Part shown: one piece after another, positions 30,611-39,696 of the stretch
Layout of the letters: each line of letters begins with the position of its first letter
Numbering within the stretch: the stretch's first letter is position 1
DNA from: Vicinamibacteria bacterium
GTDB lineage: Bacteria > Acidobacteriota > Vicinamibacteria > Marinacidobacterales > Marinacidobacteraceae
Assembly: GCA_963422395.1 (NCBI GenBank)
Contig: OY729431.1
Location: forward strand, 704,001-768,000
Direction: 5' to 3'
DNA length: 64,000 bases
Translations under genes and position numbers: made by a program
The notes under the pieces: generated by a model
The model's input: the letters and a program-made list of their open reading frames with translations, nothing else
Told to the model about the DNA's origin: nothing
Database searches by the model: none

Positions 30611-31594
30611 ATGCGCATCACGATCACGGTGGAGGCCGCGAACGATGCTGCAGCGCACTCCTGGCTGGACCGGATCGTGCATCGGATCGAGGACGGCTGG
30701 CATGTCTGGGACCTGACCGACCTGGCCGAGCCGGCCTCCATGGAGGCCACCTCGTGGTTTCGGGATCCTGGCCGTCAGGGCCAGCGGCTGCGGGAGCTGC
30801 TGCGGGAGCTGCTGCGCACCTCCATACGGCGCGAGGCATGGTCTCCGTCTCTGGCGACGCACGGGAGGCGCTTGCGAGTGACGCCGCATCCGGCTGCAGA
30901 AGGGGAGTCGAAACCGGAGGACGCCTTCCGGCTCGCCGACAAGCCCCTGGTCCTCCTGGTGGAGAACCGGCAGAGCGACGGCTCGTTCCTCAGGCGAGTC
31001 GTCGGGGAGCTGGACCGGACCCTCGGTAAGCTGTGGAAGAAGGACGGCGAACCGATCCGGGTGGACAGTGTGGGCGGCAGCGGCCAGATGCAGCAGGAGG
31101 TGCAGCGCCGAGCCGAGAAATCGGCCCGACCTTGCCGGCTCGTGGTGGTCGTGGACAGCGACCGCGAGGGTCCGGAGGCCCCCCCGAGTTCTGTTGCGCG
31201 AAAACTCGGCGGAGTGTGTGAGGAACACGGCGTTCCGTGCTGGATCCTCGCCAAGCGGGAGGCGGAGAACTACCTGCCTCGAGCTCTTCTCGAGGCACGG
31301 CCCGACACCGGTCCTGCGGATGCCGAGCGGGTGGAGGCGTGGGACCGCCTCGATGAGGACCAGAAGGACTTCTTCGACATGAAGGACGGTTTGTCGAATC
31401 AGCCGTCAGCGACAGAGGAATCCGCGTTCCGCGGGATTTCGCCTGCCGACCGCCAGATCCTCAGCGAGGGGTTCGGGGAGCAGTTGCATACCTGCTGGTG
31501 CCTGGGTGGTACCGCCGAGGTTCGGAGAGAACTCATCGCCCGGAGCCGCGGCGATCTGGAACGCGGTTTGGAGATGATCCGAAGTCAGGTGTAG
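30611..31594 (+). CDS. Putative TOPRIM-like (OLD/RloB/DUF4435-like) nuclease
   Basis: LLVEN..SD, GG.G loop, VVVDSD (DxD) and KREAENYL motifs; 8 bp from the ATPase stop. Confidence 0.65.
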   Translation: MRITITVEAANDAAAHSWLDRIVHRIEDGWHVWDLTDLAEPASMEATSWFRDPGRQGQRLRELLRELLRTSIRREAWSPSLATHGRRLRVTPHPAAEGESKPEDAFRLADKPLVLLVENRQSDGSFLRRVVGELDRTLGKLWKKDGEPIRVDSVGGSGQMQQEVQRRAEKSARPCRLVVVVDSDREGPEAPPSSVARKLGGVCEEHGVPCWILAKREAENYLPRALLEARPDTGPADAERVEAWDRLDEDQKDFFDMKDGLSNQPSATEESAFRGISPADRQILSEGFGEQLHTCWCLGGTAEVRRELIARSRGDLERGLEMIRSQV

Positions 31595-31598
31595 CGAA

Positions 31599-33260
31599 GT
31601 GGCGTCCCCCTTCTCCCGGCGAACCGAGGTCGTCTCCGAAGTCGTGTTCCTCGGGAAACTCGTCGAGCGGATCGTCTCCGGGAAGATTCGGGTCCCGAGG
31701 TTCCAGCGCGCCTTCGTCTGGAGACAGCAAGACATTCACAGACTTCTCGGCAGCGTCTTTCGCGGGTTCCCGATCGGGTCCATCCTGGTCTGGGACACGG
31801 ACCTGAAGATCGCATCCAGCGACCGGATCGGGCCGGTCGATACGGCGCCTCGTCCCGACGGGACCGTGGGGTACCTGCTCGATGGCCAGCAGCGCGTCTC
31901 GACCCTGGTGGGGACGCTGCGCCTCGGTACCGGCCCAGCCATCGAGGATGAACTCGACTGGCGGGTTTACTGCGATCTCGAAACCGGCGAGTTCGTGCGA
32001 GCGCCGAAGGCCGGACCCGGGCCGCAGCATTTCCCGGTGCGGAGCCTGCTCGACACCGCCGGCTTCTTCGGCGCCTGCCGCCGAATTCAGGAGGAAGTGC
32101 AGGATACACGGAGGGCGAGGGAATGGCTCGGCGAGGCCGATCGCCTGGCGAACGCGTTCCGCGACTACCAGCTTCCCCTGATCCACATCAAGGAGGCGGA
32201 TCTCGGTAGCGCGGTCACCGTGTTCGCCCGTCTGAACCGGACCGGGCGGAAGATGACGGCGGATGCGATGGTGTCGGCGCTGACCTACGACGAGGGCGGC
32301 TTCGACCTCGCCGCAAAGATCACGGAGTTCAAGGCCGAACTGAACCAACGGGGGTTCGGAAATCTCGACCGCGTGCTGCTCCTCCGGGCGGTGCTCGCCG
32401 CCCTGAAGCTCGACATCTACGCGCAGGACTGGGCGAATCTGATCCGGAAGCAGGAAGTTCACCCCAAGCTTCCGGGCGCTTTCGAATCGGCCGCCGACGG
32501 CTTGCGACGGGCGCTGGATTTCCTCCGGGAACTCGGGGTGACCTCGGACCGATTGCTGCCGTACGGCCTGCAGCTCGTCCTCCTCACCGAGTTCTTCCGG
32601 CGGTGCCCGGATCCGGCACCGGAGGCGAAGCGAACACTGAGTCGTTGGTTCTGGGTGACCTCCTTCAGCGTTTGGTTCGGCAGCGGCGGCAGTGCGAGAG
32701 TGAGACTCGCACTCCAGGAATTGCGGAATCTGGCGATGGACGCAGGGGCGGACCTCGAGGTCGTGGATCTCGATTCTCCGGCGGCGCCGTTTCCGGAACG
32801 GTTCGACGGACGCAGTTCGCGCGTCCGGGCCTTCCTGCTCTACCTCGGATCGCTCGAGCCGCGATCGCTGCGGGGCACTGGCGCCCTCGATCCGGGTGAT
32901 TTGCTGGCTTCGCGAGGTACCGGAGCGTTGGGGTATGTGGTGGCGAATCCCGCGCGGGGCGACCAGTGGCTCTCGAGCCCGGCGAACCGGATGTTCGTGG
33001 ACGCGGACCATATCGGGCAAGCCTTCGGATCGCTCGGGGCGCGAACGGACGAAGAGCTGGCCGTGCTGCTGCCCACACATGGGTTTGGACCCGAAGCCAT
33101 CGGGTCGATTCGAAGCAACGACCGGGAGGAATTGATCCGCGAGCGGCGCGAGACCCTCATCGAGGGTGAGCGCAAATTCATGGAACAAAAGGAAGTTGCG
33201 CTGCCGATGGCGCGCACGGCGGCGACCGTGGCAGACAGCGAAGCGTCGGACGACGAGTAG
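31599..33260 (+). CDS. DUF262 (ParB-like/GmrSD-type) domain protein
   Basis: PRFQRAFVW, GFPIGSILVW, LLDGQQR, FARLNRTG. Confidence 0.85.
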   Translation: MASPFSRRTEVVSEVVFLGKLVERIVSGKIRVPRFQRAFVWRQQDIHRLLGSVFRGFPIGSILVWDTDLKIASSDRIGPVDTAPRPDGTVGYLLDGQQRVSTLVGTLRLGTGPAIEDELDWRVYCDLETGEFVRAPKAGPGPQHFPVRSLLDTAGFFGACRRIQEEVQDTRRAREWLGEADRLANAFRDYQLPLIHIKEADLGSAVTVFARLNRTGRKMTADAMVSALTYDEGGFDLAAKITEFKAELNQRGFGNLDRVLLLRAVLAALKLDIYAQDWANLIRKQEVHPKLPGAFESAADGLRRALDFLRELGVTSDRLLPYGLQLVLLTEFFRRCPDPAPEAKRTLSRWFWVTSFSVWFGSGGSARVRLALQELRNLAMDAGADLEVVDLDSPAAPFPERFDGRSSRVRAFLLYLGSLEPRSLRGTGALDPGDLLASRGTGALGYVVANPARGDQWLSSPANRMFVDADHIGQAFGSLGARTDEELAVLLPTHGFGPEAIGSIRSNDREELIRERRETLIEGERKFMEQKEVALPMARTAATVADSEASDDE

Positions 33261-33431
33261 GTCGGGGGAATGACCGACATTCGAGGGTAGTAGCGGGCGT
33301 TTGCGCAAAGCCCCGGCGCGGCCTCTCGCTCTCGCCGAGCGCTATCCACGGGAGGCTCGCCTTCGTTCCGGCGGCGCCCTCGGGTCGGGAGCGCTGGCAG
33401 GCGGGATCGAGTCTTCTCGACCCCTGCTGAT

Positions 33432-34649
33432 TCAGTCGTCCTCGCTGCTGTCGTCGGTGTCTCGCAGCCCGGGCGGGGGAGCGGGGCGCCGCCGCAGATC
33501 GGCGATCAGCAGACGGACGACGGCGCCGTAGCTCTGGGCGCCGTCGGGGATGCGCATGGTGCGGAGGTAGGAGTCGTTCACCCGCCGTGCGGCGCCGCGC
33601 GCCAGGCCGCGATGCCGGGCCCAGAAGGTATCGAGCGCGTCGAGATCGCGCCGCGGGCCGGGTCCGAGGGCCGCCCAAACTCGCTCCCGGTCGCGGGGGG
33701 CCGCATGTCGGGCGGCAGCGAGCAGGTGCCGTGCGGCGAAGAAGGATGCGGCGTAGCGGAGATACGGGTGGCGGCGTTGCTGCGAGAGAGCCAGATAGGC
33801 CGCGAAGCTGGCTTCGCCCTCGTGGGTCACGGCGCGCTGGTGCGCCTTCTCGTGAGCCGCGGTGAAGACGACCGCGACATCGGGCGGACCGGTGTTCACC
33901 GTCGGCTCTCCGGTGAACGGGACGAAGATGCCGCTGATCCCCAACTTCGACATGAGTCCGGAAAACACCGCCGCCTTCACGGGCGCCGCCCCGCTCGAAC
34001 CCGGGTCGCCGGGGAGATCGAGCGCGTCGAAGGCGTCATCGATCGCGGCACTCAGATCGCCGAAATCCAGGGGGCTGCGAGAAGCGGTCTCCACCGGAAG
34101 ACCGGCGAGTCCATGGGCCCGGGTGGTCTCGGCGGAGATTCGGGCGGCGAGCTGGAGGAGTTCGCGCTCTCCGATCTCCCCCGTCGGGAGGCCCAGGCGG
34201 TGTTCGAGCCGGGGCCTCGCGTAGTTGAGGCCCCATACCCCCAGGAAGACAGCGTAGAGCGCTCCGGCTCCGGCGAGAGCGAAGAGCCCGAGCTGGGCCG
34301 CTCGGCGCCAGCTGCCGCGGCTCCGGAGAACGGCCGTCCCGGCGGCCTCCTCCGCTCGCTGCGGGCTGGCGGCGCGGCGGCGCAGCGCCTCCCGGGGGAT
34401 CCTCCAGAGAAGCCGGCCCAGTACCAAGAGGGCTGCAATCCCGGTGAACAGCTCGGCCAGTGAAAAGGGCAGGAAGCCGCTGATCCAGGAGAAGGCGCGC
34501 ACCACCAGCGGATAGAAGCCGGTGGTGTAGATCGCTTCGACCCGCTCCGGCTCGAGGAGCGCGAGCCGGAAGATCGCGACCGCCAGCACTCCTGCGGAAA
34601 GCCCGGCGGCGACGAACCCCCTTCTCCGGCTGCGTCCCGCCCACCGCAT
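33432..34649 (-). CDS. DUF3810-like membrane protein with zincin motif
   Basis: VWGLNYAR, GISGIFVPFTGE, AHEKAHQ...EGEASF. Confidence 0.75.
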   Translation of the reverse strand: MRWAGRSRRRGFVAAGLSAGVLAVAIFRLALLEPERVEAIYTTGFYPLVVRAFSWISGFLPFSLAELFTGIAALLVLGRLLWRIPREALRRRAASPQRAEEAAGTAVLRSRGSWRRAAQLGLFALAGAGALYAVFLGVWGLNYARPRLEHRLGLPTGEIGERELLQLAARISAETTRAHGLAGLPVETASRSPLDFGDLSAAIDDAFDALDLPGDPGSSGAAPVKAAVFSGLMSKLGISGIFVPFTGEPTVNTGPPDVAVVFTAAHEKAHQRAVTHEGEASFAAYLALSQQRRHPYLRYAASFFAARHLLAAARHAAPRDRERVWAALGPGPRRDLDALDTFWARHRGLARGAARRVNDSYLRTMRIPDGAQSYGAVVRLLIADLRRRPAPPPGLRDTDDSSEDD

Positions 34650-34658
34650 CGGCGAATT

Positions 34659-35435
34659 CTAACGGGCTCCCCGCGGCTCTCCGTTCGGCGGCCGGGCAGA
34701 CGCCTGCCCCGGGTGAGGTTCGCCCGAGTTCGTTCCTGCCAGCAGGCCTCTCGCCGCCGAAACCGAAGGCGTGCGCGCGAAAGCGGTCCCGCGCAGATGC
34801 CGGGCGGCGAGTTCGTCGAAGGCGGCTTCGGGCGCGGTGAGCGTTCTTCGAGAGAGCCGGGCTGCCATCAGCCCGGTGCGGGTGTGGGGACAGTCCGGCG
34901 CGATCGAGTGGGTGAGTTCGTGGGCGAGCACCCGTCCCAGGGCGATGCCGAGCTGCCGGACGCCCGCGGCGGTCTTCGCTCGGCTCGGGGCGCTGCGAGA
35001 GTCCCCGGACCGCCGCCAGCCGATCGCCCGTTCCGCTGCCCCGCGGGAGAGGAACACCGAACGGCGCTTCCCTTCGGCGCCGATCGCCACCCCGATCGTT
35101 GCCGCGGGCGTCCCCCAGTGCTCGGGAAGCTCCGGATAGATCGTTGCCGGGATCACTTCGGGCCCTCCGGCCCGGACGAAGCGGATCCCCACTCCGCTCC
35201 GTGCGAAGGCGGCCGTCGTCTCTCCCTGGATCCACTTCCGCATCTCCCCTTCCAGGAGCCGGTACGGGTCGTAGAGGCACACCCGGAGCGGGCGGGTGCG
35301 GAGTGGGGCCGGCTCCCGAGCCTGCCGCGAGAGCGAGGCGTCCGCGGCGGAGAGCGAGGCGTCTGCGGCAGAGCCGGCGCCGGCGAAGAGGGACAAAATC
35401 CCGGCGAGGGGGAGGAGCAGGAATCGAACACGCAT
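34659..35435 (-). CDS. Secreted hypothetical protein with HExxH zincin-like motif
   Basis: Signal peptide; LGRVLAHELTH...H...GLM. Confidence 0.65.
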   Translation of the reverse strand: MRVRFLLLPLAGILSLFAGAGSAADASLSAADASLSRQAREPAPLRTRPLRVCLYDPYRLLEGEMRKWIQGETTAAFARSGVGIRFVRAGGPEVIPATIYPELPEHWGTPAATIGVAIGAEGKRRSVFLSRGAAERAIGWRRSGDSRSAPSRAKTAAGVRQLGIALGRVLAHELTHSIAPDCPHTRTGLMAARLSRRTLTAPEAAFDELAARHLRGTAFARTPSVSAARGLLAGTNSGEPHPGQASARPPNGEPRGAR

Positions 35436-36777
35436 GACTCCGCTGACGCAGTACTCCGCGACGGGTTCGGAATCCGCCCCGAGTTCAACGAATTCGCGGG
35501 ATCCGTTGAATCCGGGTCCAAATCCTCGATCGGAGCGGCGCCGTGAGCCGCGCCCGGAACCGCCGGATCTGGCGGTCCGCAGCCCGCTTCGTTTCGACTG
35601 CGCCGTCGTCGGCGGCGGAATCGTCGGCCTCGCCGTCGCTCGGCGGCTCCAAGGTCCCCGCGGCGCCGGTTCGGTGGTGGTGATCGAGAAGGAGTCGGAG
35701 ATCGCTCGTCACCAGACGGGACGGAACAGCGGCGTCATCCATTCCGGCATCTACTACCGGCCGGGCTCGCTCCGAGCCCGGAACTGCCGTAGGGGAGTGG
35801 AGCTCCTGCTGCGGTTCTGCCGCGATCACGGCGTGCCCTTCGCGCTCTCGGGGAAGGTCATCGTGGCCGCGAATCCGGCGGAGCGGGAACGGCTCGGAGA
35901 ACTCCTGCGGCGCGGCGAACGAAACGGCGTTCCCGGCCTCCGCCTGCTCGACCGGCGGGGGCTCCGGGAGATCGAGCCGCATGCGGAGGGAACGGCGGCG
36001 ATCCATTCGCCCGGCACCGGCGTCGTCCGTTTCCGCGAAGTCGCGAGGGCGCTCCGGCGCCGGTTCGAGTCCGCGGGAGGGGTCGTCATGACCGGCGCCC
36101 GGGTGCTCGGCGTGGTCGTTTCCGCCGACGGGACCCGGGTCCTCACGAGCGCGGGCGAGGTCGAATGCGCACGGCTGGTGAACTGCGCCGGCCTCCACGC
36201 CGATCGGGTCGCGCGGCTCGCCGGGGACGAGCCGGGCGTTTCCATCGTGCCCTTCCGCGGCGAGTACTACCGGGTGCGCCCCGAGCGGTCGGGGCTCGTC
36301 CGGAGCCTCGTCTATCCAACCCCGGACCCGCGCTTTCCGTTCCTGGGGGTCCACCTGCACCGGAACCTCGACGGGCGAGTGGGCGCGGGGCCGAACGCGG
36401 TGCTCGCCGCAGCGCGCGAGGGATACCGGCGGCGCGATCTGAACTTCCGGGATCTGGGCGAGATGGTGAGGGATCCCGGGTTCCGGCGGCTCGCGCGGCG
36501 CGAATGGCGGACCGCCCTCGCCGAGATCCGGCGGTCGCTTTCCAAACCGGCGTTCGCCGCGGAGCTGCAGCGGCTGGTTCCCGAACTCGAAGAGGACGAT
36601 CTCGAGCCCGGCCCGTCCGGGGTCCGGGCGATCGCCGTGTCCGCCGACGGCAGGATCGTCGACGACTTTCGCATCGTCCGCCGCGAGAATCGGACCCATG
36701 TGCTGAACGCGCCTTCTCCGGCGGCCACCGCCTGTCTCGCGATCGCCGAACAGGTCGCATCGCTCGTCCTGCAGTGA
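35434..36777 (+). CDS. lhgO: L-2-hydroxyglutarate oxidase family FAD oxidoreductase
   Basis: GGGIVG, HQTGRNSGVIHSGIYY, PFRGEYY, PFLGVH, NAPSPAATA. Start uncertain. Confidence 0.85.
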   Translation: MTPLTQYSATGSESAPSSTNSRDPLNPGPNPRSERRREPRPEPPDLAVRSPLRFDCAVVGGGIVGLAVARRLQGPRGAGSVVVIEKESEIARHQTGRNSGVIHSGIYYRPGSLRARNCRRGVELLLRFCRDHGVPFALSGKVIVAANPAERERLGELLRRGERNGVPGLRLLDRRGLREIEPHAEGTAAIHSPGTGVVRFREVARALRRRFESAGGVVMTGARVLGVVVSADGTRVLTSAGEVECARLVNCAGLHADRVARLAGDEPGVSIVPFRGEYYRVRPERSGLVRSLVYPTPDPRFPFLGVHLHRNLDGRVGAGPNAVLAAAREGYRRRDLNFRDLGEMVRDPGFRRLARREWRTALAEIRRSLSKPAFAAELQRLVPELEEDDLEPGPSGVRAIAVSADGRIVDDFRIVRRENRTHVLNAPSPAATACLAIAEQVASLVLQ

Positions 36778-36886
36778 GCCGCTGCCGTCCCACACACTGC
36801 CTTGCAGGAACCGCGCCGTGGCTGGAGAGCTGGTTCCGGGTAGGATCGAACCCCGTTCCCTGCCCGTTCCCTGGAGGAGTTTCTCG

Positions 36887-38212
36887 ATGCGCCTGCTGTA
36901 TCCCCGACTGCCGATCCGGGTCACCGGCGGAATTCTCGCCGCCGGCGGAATCCTCGCCGCCTCCACCGCAGCGGCCCTGCCGGCGGAGAGATCGCTGGTG
37001 ATCCGCGCCGACCGGCTCATCGTCGGCACCGACGCTCCGGTGATCCTCGCTCCGGTGGTGGTCATCGAGGGTGAGCGGATCGTGGCGGTGGGCCCGGACG
37101 GCGCCGTTTCGGTGCCTGCGGATGCCGAGCTGCTCGATCTCTCCGGGCACACGATCCTCCCCGGGCTGTTCGATTGCCATGTCCACCTGGGCGGGATTCC
37201 GGGTGACGGCGGCGACACCCAGAAGATGCGGGAGACCGTGGCGCACGAGGCGATCTATGGAGTGGCGCACGCGAAGATCACCCTGGAGCAGGGTTTCACC
37301 AGCGTTCGCAACATCGGGGCGGGGAACTACCACGACGCCGCGCTCCGCGACATGATCGAGCGCGGGATCGTTCCCGGGCCCCGGATCCAGGCGGCCACCT
37401 GGGGCGTGGGCGCGACCGGCGGCCATGCGGACATCAACGGCTGGAATCCCGATGTCCCGACCCCCGGGTACGCGATGATCGCGGACGGCGCGGATGCGCT
37501 CCGCCGCGCGGTGCGCTACCAGGTCAAGTACGGCGCCGATGTCATCAAGGTCACCGCGTCGGGCGGGGTCCTCTCCCACGGCGATTCGATCTACGACCAG
37601 GCGTACAGTCTCGAAGAGCTCCGGGCCATCGTCGAGACTGCGGACATGCTCGACACGCCGGTCGGAGCGCACGCTCACTCGCCCGCGGCCATGAACGACG
37701 CCATCCGCGCCGGGGTGGCCAGCATCGAACACGGAACCCTGATAGACGACGAAGGCATCCGCCTCGCCAGGGAGCACGGCACGTTCGTGGTCCCGACGCT
37801 CTACACCCTCGACTACCTCATCGAGGAAGGCGCCGAAAACGGCGTCCCCGAATACGCGATCGCCAAGGCCCGGGAGATCGCAGTGCTGCAGCGCGAGCGG
37901 CTGGCCGCCGCTTTCCACGCCGGAGTCAGGTTCGCCTACGGCACCGACGCCGCCGTGTTTCCCCACGGCAGGAACGCGAGAGACTTCGCGATCATGGTGG
38001 AGGCGATGGACATCTCGCCGATGGCGGCGATTCGCACCGCCACCCTGAACGCCGCCGAGCTGCTTCGCTGGGAGAAGGATCTCGGCTCTCTCGAGGAGGG
38101 AAAGCTCGCCGACATCATCGCGGTCGAGGGAGATCCGCTCGAGAACATCCGGCTGCTCGAGGATGTCCGCTTCGTGATGAAAGGCGGCGAGGTCGTCGTG
38201 AGCCCTCGCTGA
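36887..38212 (+). CDS. Secreted amidohydrolase (Xaa-Pro dipeptidase-like)
   Basis: GGAGGAG RBS; PGLFDCHVH, GADVIK, AHAH, SIEHG, YGTDA, GKLADII. Confidence 0.88.
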   Translation: MRLLYPRLPIRVTGGILAAGGILAASTAAALPAERSLVIRADRLIVGTDAPVILAPVVVIEGERIVAVGPDGAVSVPADAELLDLSGHTILPGLFDCHVHLGGIPGDGGDTQKMRETVAHEAIYGVAHAKITLEQGFTSVRNIGAGNYHDAALRDMIERGIVPGPRIQAATWGVGATGGHADINGWNPDVPTPGYAMIADGADALRRAVRYQVKYGADVIKVTASGGVLSHGDSIYDQAYSLEELRAIVETADMLDTPVGAHAHSPAAMNDAIRAGVASIEHGTLIDDEGIRLAREHGTFVVPTLYTLDYLIEEGAENGVPEYAIAKAREIAVLQRERLAAAFHAGVRFAYGTDAAVFPHGRNARDFAIMVEAMDISPMAAIRTATLNAAELLRWEKDLGSLEEGKLADIIAVEGDPLENIRLLEDVRFVMKGGEVVVSPR

Positions 38213-38256
38213 CCGGATCGGGTCCGGCCGGGTCGGACCCCGAGCCTGGAATCCGG

Positions 38257-39696
38257 CTAACCGTCTCCGATGAGGGCCCTCAGGATCTCGAGGAATTCGT
38301 CGAGATGTTCCGCGTGGGTGCGGAAGATGCCGATCGAGGGGCGGAGCCAGAAGCGGCCGTGGAGCCAGGTCGCGGTGATGAAGATCCGCCCGTCGGCGTG
38401 TATCTCGTCGAGCAGCTTCCGGTTCAGAGCGTCCGTCTCTTCCGGAGACTTCCGGGCCGGCCGCCAGCGAAAGCACATCGTGGACAGTTCCGGGGGCGGT
38501 CCGACCTCGATCTCCGGCCAGCCGCTGAGCTCTTCCTGGAGATAGCACGCGAGCCGCCATTTCTCCTCCAGCGCGGCGGCGAAGGCATCGGTGCCGTGGA
38601 GGAGAAGGGGGAGGAACATCCGCAGCCCGCGGAAGTGCCGGGTGAGTTCCACGGAGCGCTCCGAGGGGGACGGCTCCGCCTGGGGGGCGTCCACCAGGTA
38701 GGGAGCGTCGAAGCGAAAGGTGTCGAGGTGCTTCGCTTCCCGGACCACGACGGCCCCGCTGCCGTAGGGGAGAAAAAGGCTCTTGTGGGGGTCGAGGACG
38801 ATGGAGTCCGATTCCTCGATGCCGCGGAACAGCTGCCGGCGCGCGGGCACCAGCAGGAAGAACCCGCCGTAGGCCGCGTCCACATGGTGCCAGAGACCCT
38901 CGGCGCGGGCGATCCGGGAGATCGCTTGCAGCGGATCCACGGCGCCGGTGTTCGTCGTGCCGGCGGCGGAGACCACGAGCCAGGGGAGCAGCCCGCCGCT
39001 GCGGTCTTCCAGGACCTGCCGGGCCAGTTCTTCGGGAACCATCCGATAGTGCCGGTCCACCGGGATCCTCCGGCAGGGGGCTTCCCCGAGCCCGGCCAGA
39101 TGTACCGCCTTGTGCACCGAATAGTGCTCCTGGTCCGTCACATACACGACCGCCCGCGAGAAATCCCGGGAGCGCAGCCCGCGGGCGTCCCGAGCGGCGA
39201 TGATTCCGGTCAGTCCGGCGACGCTTCCCCCCGAAGTCAGGGTTCCCCCGGAGCCTTCGGGGTATCCCGCCAGCTCGGCGATCCAGCGCACCAGCCGGTT
39301 CTCGAGGTGCACGGCGCCGGGTGAGGCGGGGAAATACCCGGCGAACGCGTTGCCCACCGCCGCCAGGTAATCGCCGAGAGCGCTCGCGAACACGCCGCCG
39401 CCAGGAACCCACCCCAGATCCCGCGGCGAGGCGGGGTTCAGGCCCTGCTGCTCGATTTCCCGGCGGATCAGGTCGAGGAGTTCCGCGAGCGGCCGACCTT
39501 CGGCACCGATCGGCAATCCGGTGATTTCGGGAGATCCGGTCGGTGGACGCCAGGCGGGTCCGTCGGGAAGGGAGTCGAGGAATTCCTCGGCATGGCGAAC
39601 GGCCGCATCGGTCAGGGCGCGCCGCGCCGTCGATCCCGGTTCGAGTCCTGCCGCCCGTCGGCGAAGCGCCTGGGCCTGTCGGCGAAGTTCGTTCAT
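38257..39696 (-). CDS. PLP-dependent group II (aromatic amino acid-like) decarboxylase
   Basis: SGGSVA, HYSVHKA, AGTTNTGAVD, HVDAAYGG, LDPHKSL (PLP lysine). Confidence 0.85.
   Translation of the reverse strand: MNELRRQAQALRRRAAGLEPGSTARRALTDAAVRHAEEFLDSLPDGPAWRPPTGSPEITGLPIGAEGRPLAELLDLIRREIEQQGLNPASPRDLGWVPGGGVFASALGDYLAAVGNAFAGYFPASPGAVHLENRLVRWIAELAGYPEGSGGTLTSGGSVAGLTGIIAARDARGLRSRDFSRAVVYVTDQEHYSVHKAVHLAGLGEAPCRRIPVDRHYRMVPEELARQVLEDRSGGLLPWLVVSAAGTTNTGAVDPLQAISRIARAEGLWHHVDAAYGGFFLLVPARRQLFRGIEESDSIVLDPHKSLFLPYGSGAVVVREAKHLDTFRFDAPYLVDAPQAEPSPSERSVELTRHFRGLRMFLPLLLHGTDAFAAALEEKWRLACYLQEELSGWPEIEVGPPPELSTMCFRWRPARKSPEETDALNRKLLDEIHADGRIFITATWLHGRFWLRPSIGIFRTHAEHLDEFLEILRALIGDG

Noticed and set aside
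38213-38256. GC hairpin between convergent genes (also 21460-21505) as intrinsic terminators
   Set aside because: The stems are imperfect and lack a U-tract, so they cannot be distinguished from chance in high-GC DNA.
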